Of a DNA stretch of 52,315 nucleotides, positions 29,699 to 39,052 are shown piece after piece. Source of the stretch: Halanaerobiales bacterium (GTDB lineage: Bacteria; Bacillota; Halanaerobiia; Halanaerobiales; M55B127); the NCBI GenBank assembly GCA_021736945.1, contig JAIPEX010000003.1, positions 1-52,315 of the forward strand, in the 5' to 3' direction. The notes under the pieces are model-generated. The model saw nothing but the letters and a program-made list of their open reading frames with translations. It had not been told where the DNA came from and did no database searches. Made by a program: the position numbers and the translations under genes. The stretch's first letter is position 1. Every line of letters starts with the position of its first letter.

Positions 29699-31282
29699 TT
29701 GAAAAATTCAAAAGATAAAAATGGCAATATTATAAAAGAGCGGGGAAAAGAAGTATTTTATATTTCCTTGATTATAGTATTTTCAATAGTCATGTGGGGT
29801 ATTGCAATGCCTGATAACTTCAGCAGTATTGCAAATGGATTATTTGATTATCTAACAGGCAATTTTGGCTGGCTTTATCTAATTACGATGTCATTATTTG
29901 TAGTCTTTTGTGTTTGGGTTGCTCTAAGTAGACATGGAAAAATAAAATTAGGTAAACCGGATGAAGAACCAGAATTTAGTACAATATCCTGGTTTGCAAT
30001 GCTATTTAGTGCTGGAATGGGAGTAGGTTTAGTATTTTGGGGAATGGCAGAACCACTAAATCATTTTGTTAATCCTTTAAATTTACAAGGGGGATCTGCT
30101 GCTGCAGCAGACTTTGCTTTAAAAACTTCCTTTTTCCACTGGGGATTACATCCTTGGGCTAGTTACGGAGTCTTGGCACTAGCTTTAGCATATATGCAGT
30201 TTAGACATGATAAACCTGCCCAGATTAGTAGTGTTTTTATACCAATTATTGGGGAAGCAAGAGCAAGAGGTGGACTTGGTAAAGTAATTGATATTTTAGC
30301 AATTTTTGCTACAGTTGCTGGAGTTGCTACTTCATTAGGTTTAGCAACTTTACAAGTGACAAGTGGCTTTAACTTTCTCTTTGGAATTCCTGAAACGAAT
30401 CTTGTTCGGATATTGGTGATTGGTGTTATTACAATCTTGTTTATGATTTCAGCTATAACTGGTGTAGATAAAGGAATTAAGTATTTATCTAATGTTAATA
30501 TTTCCTTAGCTGGTATTATAATGTTGATTTGTTTAATTGTAGGTCCGACAGTTTTAATTATTAATAATTTAACAAATTCATTTGGAATATATATGAGTAG
30601 TCTAGTTCGAGATAGCTTTAAAATCGGTCAAGAACCATGGTACGGTTGGTGGACAATATTCTACTGGGCCTGGTGGATTGCCTGGGCACCTTTTGTAGCT
30701 ACATTTATTGCCCGTATATCTAGAGGGAGAACAATTAGAGAATTTGTGGGCGGAGTACTATTTGCTCCTACATTAGCTTCATTTGTCTGGTTTTCAATTC
30801 TAGGTACAATGGGTATAGAAAGTGGGATGGAAGTTGCTGAAGAAGCTATTGCTACTACCGAAACGGCCTTCTTTGTCGTAATGCAAAACTTCCCATATGG
30901 TGGCTTGATTTCAATTATAGCTGTTATTTTACTAGTAACATTTTTCATAACATCAGCAGATTCAGCTACTTTTGTTTTGGGAATGTTATCTGACAAAGGT
31001 AATCAAAATCCAACAGTACGTAGAAAAGTTACCTGGGGCTTTATTCAATCAGGTTTAGCAATAGCATTAATGCTTTCTGGTGGATTAGGTATGTTACAGA
31101 CTGGATCTATTGTAGCAGCTTTCCCATTTGCCATCATTATGCTTTTTGCAATGGTAGCGATGATTAAGTCATTAAATGCAGAACATAAGGTAGATGGAAT
31201 TGTTGATCTAAATAAGGTGGCTGATACTACTTTGGAGGATCTTTCAGAAGCAGATGAGTTAGAGGAAGCTGTAAATGATTAA
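29699..31282 (+). CDS. BCCT-family glycine betaine transporter (GrdT/OpuD-like)
   Basis: SWFAMLFSAGMGVGL, FFHWGLHPW, WTIFYWAWWIAWAPFV...ARISRGRTIREF. Confidence 0.93.
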   Translation: MKNSKDKNGNIIKERGKEVFYISLIIVFSIVMWGIAMPDNFSSIANGLFDYLTGNFGWLYLITMSLFVVFCVWVALSRHGKIKLGKPDEEPEFSTISWFAMLFSAGMGVGLVFWGMAEPLNHFVNPLNLQGGSAAAADFALKTSFFHWGLHPWASYGVLALALAYMQFRHDKPAQISSVFIPIIGEARARGGLGKVIDILAIFATVAGVATSLGLATLQVTSGFNFLFGIPETNLVRILVIGVITILFMISAITGVDKGIKYLSNVNISLAGIIMLICLIVGPTVLIINNLTNSFGIYMSSLVRDSFKIGQEPWYGWWTIFYWAWWIAWAPFVATFIARISRGRTIREFVGGVLFAPTLASFVWFSILGTMGIESGMEVAEEAIATTETAFFVVMQNFPYGGLISIIAVILLVTFFITSADSATFVLGMLSDKGNQNPTVRRKVTWGFIQSGLAIALMLSGGLGMLQTGSIVAAFPFAIIMLFAMVAMIKSLNAEHKVDGIVDLNKVADTTLEDLSEADELEEAVND

Positions 31283-31287
31283 ATAAA

Positions 31288-31318
31288 TAAAAAACCCGGC
31301 ATTTAACTAATGCCGGGT
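31288..31318. terminator. Terminator between the convergent BCCT and tetR genes
   Basis: ACCCGGCATT/AATGCCGGGT preceded by an A run (U tract on the minus strand). Confidence 0.8.
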
Positions 31319-31326
31319 GAAATTAA

Positions 31327-32001
31327 CTATTCGTTTTCACAACAGATTGCGTCATTCACAATCGTCTTAATGTGTGATGTAATTTTATTTACTGCTTCTT
31401 CAACTGAATAATCAATTCTATTATTAATGGTTAAAGTCAACATTCCATGGTAGATGTAAGTAATCATATTATCTACTTCTTCAGCTTTTTCTGGAGATAA
31501 ATAACCATTTTCAATTAATGGTTTAGAAGCTATGGAAGCCCGGCGTGATAAATCTGGATCTAAAAGCATGGGAATTAGTCTTTCAGGGGGATCGCCTAAT
31601 TTTTCAGGAAAAATCTGAAAATATTTTTCCATTAATGTCTCTGGATGATCCCCAAGTTTTTCAGTAAAAATTGCATAATAGATATTGGGATTTTCAAAAG
31701 AAAACTTACAAAAACATTCCCACATCAAAATGAAGCGTTCGATTTCATCATCAGCTTTTTTTATGTATTCGGGCATAGTTTGAATATAATCACTTAAAAA
31801 ATCTAAAGAAGCAAAGAAAATAAGTTGCTTATAGTTATCAAAATAATTATATATGGTAGCACTATTATAGCCCGCTTTTTTTGCAACACTACGGATAGTA
31901 ACTTTTTTAATACCTTTTTCTTCGATAACTTCTTTAGTTGCTTGGATGAAATATTTTAAGATTCGTTTCTTTTTAATATCTTTTTTATCAATATCAATCA
32001 A
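31327..32001 (-). CDS. TetR/AcrR-family regulator, candidate regulator of the betaine reductase operon
   Basis: VTIRSVAKKAGYNSATIYNYF HTH. Confidence 0.9.
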   Translation of the reverse strand: MIDIDKKDIKKKRILKYFIQATKEVIEEKGIKKVTIRSVAKKAGYNSATIYNYFDNYKQLIFFASLDFLSDYIQTMPEYIKKADDEIERFILMWECFCKFSFENPNIYYAIFTEKLGDHPETLMEKYFQIFPEKLGDPPERLIPMLLDPDLSRRASIASKPLIENGYLSPEKAEEVDNMITYIYHGMLTLTINNRIDYSVEEAVNKITSHIKTIVNDAICCENE

Positions 32002-32085
32002 AATATATCAGTCCTTTCTAGCCGTAAATATAAGGATAATCACTATTGTAAGGATATAATAAAACTATTTTAAATGCAACATTAA

Positions 32086-32114
32086 TTGACTTTATGTCTG
32101 AATTTTAATATAAT
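32086..32114 (+). promoter_or_regulatory. SigA promoter of the trxB-trxA-grdCD-sel operon
   Basis: TTGACT-17-TATAAT. Confidence 0.75.
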
Positions 32115-32166
32115 TTCTAATGGAAATACATTGTGAATTCAATTACTAATCAGAGGGGGAATACAA

Positions 32167-33372
32167 ATGAGCAATACATATGATCTAATAGTTATTGGAG
32201 GCGGTCCAGCAGGTATGTCAGCAGCAATTTATGGTTCGCGTTCTCGCCTCAATACATTGGTTTTAGAAGCAAAGAGAAAGACAGGTGGACAACCTTCTAC
32301 ATATCATGATATGGAAAATTATCCGGGGGTACCTGAAACTACAGCACCTGAGTTGATGGACAACTTTAGAGAACATGCCGAAAAGTTTAATACAGAATTT
32401 GAAAGAGGAGAAGTTGTAGACCTTAAGGTCAACGGACTTGAAAAGATAGTAAAGACTAAAAAGGGTGAGGAATATAAAGCTAAAAGTGTTGTTTTAGCTA
32501 CAGGAGCTGAACCAAGAAAATTGGGTATCGAAGGAGAAGAAGAGCTCAAAGGAAAAGGTGTGTCCTACTGTGCCACATGTGATGCAGATATTTTTGAAGG
32601 GCTTGATGTAGTGGTAGTAGGTAATGGTAATTCTGCTGTTGAAGAATCAATATATCTCACAAAATTTGTTGAAAATTTAACAATGATTGTTATCCATGAT
32701 GAGGGAGTTATGGATGCTGAAAAGATTTTGCAAGAGAAAGCAATGGAAAATGAAAAAATAGATTTTGTTTGGAATTCAGTTGTAGAAGAAATTAAAGGTG
32801 ATGGTATGGTAGAAAAGGCAGTCGTGAAAAACATTAAAACTGGAGAAACTGAAGAACTTGACTGTCATGGAGTATTCTTTTTCGTAGGAAGAGTACCTAA
32901 TACTGATTTCTTAAAAGGAACCGTAGAACTAACAGAAAATGGTTATATAAAAGCAAATGACGAGATGGAAACAAATCAACCTGGAGTATATGCGGTTGGA
33001 GATGTAAGAAACAAGGTAGTTAGACAGGTAATAACAGCAGCGGGAGATGGAGCTACTGCTGCAGTAATGGCACAAGGATATATAGAAGAGGAAGATTATT
33101 GGCAGAATAATGTATTGAAATCAGAAAATCCTGTTATAGTTGCTTTTTGGAGTGTAACAGACCAGGACAGCATGGATATGATAAGTGAATTAGAGGCTAT
33201 GGGGATTGAAGATAAAGATTATAGGTTTGTAAAAATAGACACCTATAAAAACAGATTGATTTCTAATCGTTATGATATTGAAGAGATTCCAACTATAGTT
33301 AAATTGGTAGATGGTGAAGTAGCAGAAAAATTAGTAGACCCATCCACCGAAGAAATTAAAAGCATATTATAA
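32167..33372 (+). CDS. trxB: Thioredoxin reductase with a C-terminal cysteine-free thioredoxin-like domain
   Basis: GGGPAG FAD motif, CATC, GVYAVGD; about 95 extra residues with VIVAFWS...IPT thioredoxin-fold pattern. Confidence 0.9.
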   Translation: MSNTYDLIVIGGGPAGMSAAIYGSRSRLNTLVLEAKRKTGGQPSTYHDMENYPGVPETTAPELMDNFREHAEKFNTEFERGEVVDLKVNGLEKIVKTKKGEEYKAKSVVLATGAEPRKLGIEGEEELKGKGVSYCATCDADIFEGLDVVVVGNGNSAVEESIYLTKFVENLTMIVIHDEGVMDAEKILQEKAMENEKIDFVWNSVVEEIKGDGMVEKAVVKNIKTGETEELDCHGVFFFVGRVPNTDFLKGTVELTENGYIKANDEMETNQPGVYAVGDVRNKVVRQVITAAGDGATAAVMAQGYIEEEDYWQNNVLKSENPVIVAFWSVTDQDSMDMISELEAMGIEDKDYRFVKIDTYKNRLISNRYDIEEIPTIVKLVDGEVAEKLVDPSTEEIKSIL

Positions 33373-33390
33373 AATAAGGAGGAAATAATA

Positions 33391-33708
33391 ATGTTAGAAT
33401 TAGGAAAAGAAAATTTTGAAGATGAAGTATTAAATTCTAAAGAAATTGTTTTAGTGGACTTTTGGAGTGATAACTGTGACCTTTGTTTAGATTTAATGCC
33501 TGATGTAGAAGAATTAGCGGAAGAATATGGTGATGATATTAAATTTGCAAAACTTAATATTAAAGGTAATAGAAGGTTAGCAATTGGTCAGAAAGTACTT
33601 GGACTACCTTCCATTGTGTTATATGAAGATGGAGAAAAAGTAGAACATTTAAGTGGAGATGAATTAGAAGTAGAAGATATCCGTGAAGCTATAGAAGCAA
33701 GAGTTTAA
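33391..33708 (+). CDS. trxA: Thioredoxin (copy 2)
   Basis: FWSDNCDLC; close paralogue of 19130..19456. Confidence 0.92.
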   Translation: MLELGKENFEDEVLNSKEIVLVDFWSDNCDLCLDLMPDVEELAEEYGDDIKFAKLNIKGNRRLAIGQKVLGLPSIVLYEDGEKVEHLSGDELEVEDIREAIEARV

Positions 33709-33786
33709 GTCTTAAATAAAAGTGATAATGCTCTTCTTCAAATCGAAGAAGAGCATTACTATGAAAATAATTCGGAGGTGGAAATA

Positions 33787-35331
33787 TTGAGTTTTCCAGT
33801 AATTAAAGGTTCAAGTTATATACTTGTACACACACCAAATATATTAAAACAAGGTGGTTCTACTCAGACCACAACAAGAGCAAAAGACCCTAATGATGAA
33901 TATCTTAAACAAATGGATGATCACTTACGTAGTTTTGAAGAATTTGTAGGTTATGCCCCCAATCAGGCTTATATAGGCAATATTTTACCAAATGACCTAG
34001 AAGAAATAGAACAACCATGGTATGAAAATGATAATCTTCTGGAAGCAAAAAAAGAAGGACAATTCGGAGAAATTATGCCGGAAGATCAATTTATTGCCCT
34101 TATAAAACATGTTGATGTATTTGATCTTGTAAAATTAAGTGAAGAGTTTTGTGAAAAAGGTCAAAATTTAGTTAATGAACATCCTATTTTAAAAGAGATG
34201 GATATTGATTTAGGAGCGGGAGAACCAAAAGAAGATTTACAGAAATTAGTTGACGAACATTCAGAACCACTTTATTTAGATAATGAACTAGTAGGTTGTG
34301 TAAAAAAAGCACATGAAACTGATATTAATTTAAGTGCCCACGTAATTTATGAAAACTTAATAGCTAAAGCTTCAGCAGTATTAGCTATGAAAGATCTTGA
34401 ATATAGAAATGAAGATGTTGACCTCTCAGAAGTAGATTATATTTTAGAATGTTCTGAAGAAGCATGTGGAGATATTAATCAACGTGGAGGAGGAAACTTC
34501 GCAAAAGCAATTGGAGAAATGGCAGGTTGTAATGATGCAACTGGTTCTGACGTGAGAAGTTTCTGTGCTGCTCCTGCTCATGCCATGGTTAATGCAGCTG
34601 CATTAGTTAAAGCCGGAGTTTACGACAATGTTGCAGTTGTAGCTGGTGGTTCTGTAGCAAAATTAGGGATGAATGGTAAAGACCATGTTAAAAAAGAGAT
34701 GCCAATTCTAGAAGATGGACTTGGTGGTTTCGCAATAATAATCTCTAAAAATGATGGTGTAAATCCAATAATTAGAACAGATATTGTAGGACGCCATAAA
34801 GTTGGTACCGGTTCTTCACCACAGGCTGTAATAAGTTCTTTAGTTACTGATCCCCTTGATAAACATGAGATCAGTATAAAAGATATTGATAAATATTCCG
34901 TAGAGATGCAGAATCCTGAAATTACAAAACCGGCTGGGGCTGGAAATGTACCAGAATCAAATTATAAGATGATTGCAGCTCTTGGTGTTAAAAGAGGAGA
35001 CTTAGAACGCAAAGAATTAATGGATTTTGTAGGAGAACATGGAATGCCCGGGTTTGCCCCTACTCAAGGTCATATTCCTTCAGGAGTACCTTTTGTGGGT
35101 CCAGCAGTGGAAATGATAAAGGACGGTAAGATCAATAATGCCATGATTATTGGTAAAGGTAGTCTTTTCCTAGGCAGAATGACCAATCTATTTGATGGAG
35201 TATCTTTTGTCATGGAAAGAAACAAAGGAACTGAACCTGAAAAATCAGAAGTCAGTGATAAAGAGATTAAAAATATGATTGCTGATGCCATGCGTCAGAT
35301 GGCTGAAAACATAACCGGCGAGTCTAATTGA
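33787..35331 (+). CDS. grdC: Glycine/sarcosine/betaine reductase component C subunit beta
   Basis: ECSEEACGDINQRGGGNFAK, PTQGHIPSGVP, KGSLFLGRMTNLFDG; TTG 33787 after GGAGGTGG. Confidence 0.93.
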   Translation: MSFPVIKGSSYILVHTPNILKQGGSTQTTTRAKDPNDEYLKQMDDHLRSFEEFVGYAPNQAYIGNILPNDLEEIEQPWYENDNLLEAKKEGQFGEIMPEDQFIALIKHVDVFDLVKLSEEFCEKGQNLVNEHPILKEMDIDLGAGEPKEDLQKLVDEHSEPLYLDNELVGCVKKAHETDINLSAHVIYENLIAKASAVLAMKDLEYRNEDVDLSEVDYILECSEEACGDINQRGGGNFAKAIGEMAGCNDATGSDVRSFCAAPAHAMVNAAALVKAGVYDNVAVVAGGSVAKLGMNGKDHVKKEMPILEDGLGGFAIIISKNDGVNPIIRTDIVGRHKVGTGSSPQAVISSLVTDPLDKHEISIKDIDKYSVEMQNPEITKPAGAGNVPESNYKMIAALGVKRGDLERKELMDFVGEHGMPGFAPTQGHIPSGVPFVGPAVEMIKDGKINNAMIIGKGSLFLGRMTNLFDGVSFVMERNKGTEPEKSEVSDKEIKNMIADAMRQMAENITGESN

Positions 35332-35341
35332 GGTGAATGAA

Positions 35342-36481
35342 ATGGCAGATAAAACTAAGGAAAAAGTAGCTGGAATTTTTAATGAACTGGCAGATGCAAT
35401 TGAATCTGGACAGTTTGGCGAAAAGAAAAAAATCGGACTAACTTTACTTGATAGTGAGCATGGACCAGAAGAACTACAAAAAGCTGCTAAGATGGCTCAA
35501 AATAATAATAGTGATATAGATGTTGTAGAAATTGGTTGTGATGGAGATAAGTGTTCTTGTTTAGCTGATGCTCATGAAATTATGGATCAAAAATTAAAAA
35601 ATAATGATATTGATGCATCTGTAACTTTACACTATAATTTCCCATTCGGTGTATCAACTGTAGGTAGGGTGATAACACCTGGAAGAGGCAAAGAAATGTT
35701 GATTGCAACCACAACTGGAACTAGTGATACTAATCGTGTGGCTTCAATGTTAAAAAATACTATTTATGGAATTGCTACTGCGAAATCTTTAGGTATTGAA
35801 AATCCCAAGGTAGGTATTTTAAATGTTGATGGAGCCAGGCTAGTTGAAAATAACTTGAGAGAGCTAAAAGATAACGGTTATGATATAGAATTTGCAACTT
35901 CAGTAAGATCAGATGGTGGATTTGTAATGCGCGGGAATGACCTTTTAATGGGTGTTCCTGATGTGATGGTTACAGATACATTAACCGGAAATATGTTAAT
36001 GAAAATATTCTCTGCTTATACTACAGGTGGTACTTATGAAGCTAAGGGCTTTGGTTATGGTCCTGGAGTTAGTACCGAATATGATCAATTGGTAGGTATT
36101 ATTTCTAGAGCATCTGGGGCACCAGTTATAGCAAATGCTATTAAATATATGGCAGAAGTTAGTAAAGGGAACTTGCTTAAAGTTACAAAAGAAGAGATGA
36201 AAAAGGCCAAAAAAGCAGGACTTACAGACCTTATTGAAGAATTAAAAAGTAAGAGTGAAACCAAAGAAGTAGAAGATGTAAAACAACCTGAGAAAAAAGT
36301 TACAGGTGAAGAAATAGCAGGTATTGATATTTTAGAGATTGAAACTGCTCAAAAATCACTTTGGAAAGAAGATATATATGCTGAAACAGGTATGGGGTGT
36401 ACAGGCCCAGTAGTATTAGTAGCAGAAGAAGATGAAGAGAAAGCAAGAGAAATCCTTAAGGAAGAAGGATTTATTCATTAA
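35342..36481 (+). CDS. grdD: Glycine/sarcosine/betaine reductase component C subunit alpha
   Basis: PlsX-like fold, SRASGAPV, C-terminal YAETGMGCTGP catalytic Cys motif. Confidence 0.93.
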   Translation: MADKTKEKVAGIFNELADAIESGQFGEKKKIGLTLLDSEHGPEELQKAAKMAQNNNSDIDVVEIGCDGDKCSCLADAHEIMDQKLKNNDIDASVTLHYNFPFGVSTVGRVITPGRGKEMLIATTTGTSDTNRVASMLKNTIYGIATAKSLGIENPKVGILNVDGARLVENNLRELKDNGYDIEFATSVRSDGGFVMRGNDLLMGVPDVMVTDTLTGNMLMKIFSAYTTGGTYEAKGFGYGPGVSTEYDQLVGIISRASGAPVIANAIKYMAEVSKGNLLKVTKEEMKKAKKAGLTDLIEELKSKSETKEVEDVKQPEKKVTGEEIAGIDILEIETAQKSLWKEDIYAETGMGCTGPVVLVAEEDEEKAREILKEEGFIH

Positions 36482-37629
36482 TGATATATTTTAATAATGC
36501 AGCGACTACTTATCCAAAACCTGAAAGTGTTTATCAAGAAGTTAATAAATTTTTCAGGCAGGAAGGGGTTAACCCCGGTAGGTCGCAGGATGTAAAAACT
36601 ATGAATATAAATAGAAGAATCTTTAATACAAGGGAGCAGATTGCCCAATTTTTTGGTATTAAAGATTCTTCTCGTTTTATTTTTACATCTGGTGCAACTG
36701 AATCTTTAAATTTAGCAATTAAAGGTTCTTTAAATAAAAATGATCATGTAATTACTACTAAGTTAGAACATAATTCAGTAATCCGCCCTCTCAATAAGTT
36801 GAGTAACGAGGGCCGGATTACTGTTACTTATCTTGATTTTAATAAAAATGGTATAATTTCTCTAGAAGATATTAAAAAAACAGTTCAAAAAAATACAGCT
36901 CTTATTATTATTTCTCATGCTTCAAATGTTTTAGGAACTGTAAATAATATCATTGAGATAGGAAAATTTGCAAAAAACAATGATTTTTTATTATTAGTAG
37001 ATGCAGCTCAAACAGCTGGTATTTTAAATATTGACATAGATAATTTAAATATTGACTTATTATCTGTACCAGGTCATAAATCTCTTTATGGACCCCCAGG
37101 TATAGGTGGTCTATATATTAGAGAAGGGCTTGAAATTGATACTCTTATGGAAGGTGGAACAGGTAGTAATTCATTAAATACTCTACAACCTAAAATAATG
37201 CCGGATAAATATGAAAGTGGTACTTTGAATACCTTAGGTATTATTGGTTTAGGAGCCGGGATAAAATTTATAAAAAATACTGGAATGAAAAAAATATATA
37301 ATCATGAGATGAATTTATTAAATAGATTTTTAAATGGACTTAGAAGTATTAAAAATATCCTAATTTATGGACCAACTGATTTGGATAAAAAAGTTGGGGT
37401 GGTTAGTATAAATTTAATGAATCTAAGTGCTGCTAAATTTTCTCATCTCCTGCAAAATAAATATAATATATCTGTCAGAGGAGGATTACATTGTGCTCCA
37501 TTACTTCATAAAAAAATGGGGACTGACAATAAAGGAATGGTAAGATTTAGTTTTAGTTATTTTAATACCTTAAAAGAAATTGATAATGCTTTAAATGCTA
37601 TTAAACGGATAGCGGAAAAAGAGGGATAA
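36481..37629 (+). CDS. Cysteine desulfurase / selenocysteine lyase family (PLP class V)
   Basis: NNAATTYPKP, EHNSV, DAAQ, GHKSL, RGGLHCAP; directly upstream of selA. Confidence 0.9.
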   Translation: MIYFNNAATTYPKPESVYQEVNKFFRQEGVNPGRSQDVKTMNINRRIFNTREQIAQFFGIKDSSRFIFTSGATESLNLAIKGSLNKNDHVITTKLEHNSVIRPLNKLSNEGRITVTYLDFNKNGIISLEDIKKTVQKNTALIIISHASNVLGTVNNIIEIGKFAKNNDFLLLVDAAQTAGILNIDIDNLNIDLLSVPGHKSLYGPPGIGGLYIREGLEIDTLMEGGTGSNSLNTLQPKIMPDKYESGTLNTLGIIGLGAGIKFIKNTGMKKIYNHEMNLLNRFLNGLRSIKNILIYGPTDLDKKVGVVSINLMNLSAAKFSHLLQNKYNISVRGGLHCAPLLHKKMGTDNKGMVRFSFSYFNTLKEIDNALNAIKRIAEKEG

Positions 37630-37632
37630 ATT

Positions 37633-39036
37633 ATGAAAAAGGAATTATTTAAAAAAATACCGGCCGTTAATGATCTTTTGGAGAATGAAAAAGGTAAAGA
37701 ACTAGTTGAAACTTACAACCATAGTTTAGTTCTTAAAGGTATCAGAAAAGTATTGGATCGGAAAAGAAAAATAATTTCAAAAACTGATGAAGAAGAACTT
37801 AACGAGTTAAAGCTGTCTTTAGAATTAACAAACTTATATAATGAAATTGAAGAATACATAGTTGATTATTTAGCCCCCTCTTTAGAACAAGTTATTAATG
37901 CTACTGGAACAATAGTCCATACTAATCTAGGTCGTTCTTTATTGTCTAAAGAAGCGGTAGATTCTCTAGTGAAGGTCGCTCAAAATTATTCAACTTTAGA
38001 GATAGATAAAAGGACAGGTGAAAGGGGTTCCCGTTATAATAATGTAAAAGATCTATTAACAGATCTCTGTGGAGCAGAAGATGGATTAGTGGTGAACAAT
38101 AATGCTGCTGCAGTTTTACTGATATTAGATACTTTTGCTAAAAATAAAGAAGTGATTTTAGCAAGAGGAGAAATGGTTGAAGTAGGAGGATCATTTCGAA
38201 TTCCAGAAGTAATGGAAAAAAGTGGGGCCGAGCTAGTTGAAGTAGGAGCCACAAATAAGGTATACATAGAAGATTATGAGAATAAAATTAATGAAAATAC
38301 TGGTATGCTTTTAAAAGTTCATACCAGTAATTATAGAGTGATGGGTTTTACTGAAGAAGTAAAACTAAAAGAACTGGTTGAATTAGGTAATAAAACCAAT
38401 TTACCAGTTGTAGAAGATCTAGGTAGTGGGATTATTGAAGATCTTAGTGATTTAGGTCTTAAGGATGAACCAACTGTTAAAGATAAAATAGATCAAGGAG
38501 CTGATTTGGTTTCTTTCAGTGGAGATAAATTATTAGGTGGTCCTCAATCTGGAATAATTGTAGGCAAAAAAGGTTTTATTGATAAGCTCAAAAAGAATCC
38601 TTTAACTAGAGCTTTAAGAGTAGATAAATTCACATTAGCTTCTTTAGAAGCAACTCTAAAGGCTTATATAGAAGAAGATGCACGCGAAAAATTACCCACC
38701 TTGAATATGTTAAGCCAAAATATTGATTTAATTAAAGATAAGGCAGTTAGACTTAAAGAAAAGTTAGATAACTTACAGATTGAAAGTTTAGATATTGAGA
38801 TAGAAAAAGATTCAACGAAAATAGGTGGAGGGGCATTTCCTCTGCAGGACATACCAACTTATGTGGTTAAAATTAAAACAGATAAAATGGAATTAAATGA
38901 ACTTTCTTATAAATTAAGAATGAATAAACCTCCAATTTTTACTCGTTTATATAATGAAAATATGTTTTTTGATTTAAGGACTATTAAAGAGACAGAAATA
39001 GACCAAATCGTAACGGCTTTAAAAAATATATTATAA
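37633..39036 (+). CDS. selA: L-seryl-tRNA(Sec) selenium transferase
   Basis: INATGTIVHTNLGRS, VNNNAAA, FSGDKLLGGPQ, RALRVDK. Confidence 0.97.
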   Translation: MKKELFKKIPAVNDLLENEKGKELVETYNHSLVLKGIRKVLDRKRKIISKTDEEELNELKLSLELTNLYNEIEEYIVDYLAPSLEQVINATGTIVHTNLGRSLLSKEAVDSLVKVAQNYSTLEIDKRTGERGSRYNNVKDLLTDLCGAEDGLVVNNNAAAVLLILDTFAKNKEVILARGEMVEVGGSFRIPEVMEKSGAELVEVGATNKVYIEDYENKINENTGMLLKVHTSNYRVMGFTEEVKLKELVELGNKTNLPVVEDLGSGIIEDLSDLGLKDEPTVKDKIDQGADLVSFSGDKLLGGPQSGIIVGKKGFIDKLKKNPLTRALRVDKFTLASLEATLKAYIEEDAREKLPTLNMLSQNIDLIKDKAVRLKEKLDNLQIESLDIEIEKDSTKIGGGAFPLQDIPTYVVKIKTDKMELNELSYKLRMNKPPIFTRLYNENMFFDLRTIKETEIDQIVTALKNIL

Positions 39037-39052
39037 CTCAGGAGGAAGCGTT

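Noticed and set aside
35329-35340. grdC TGA stop in a TGA-GGT context like grdB, suggesting Sec readthrough
   Set aside because: No SECIS-like hairpin, another stop follows three codons later, and the GAGGTGA is the grdD RBS.
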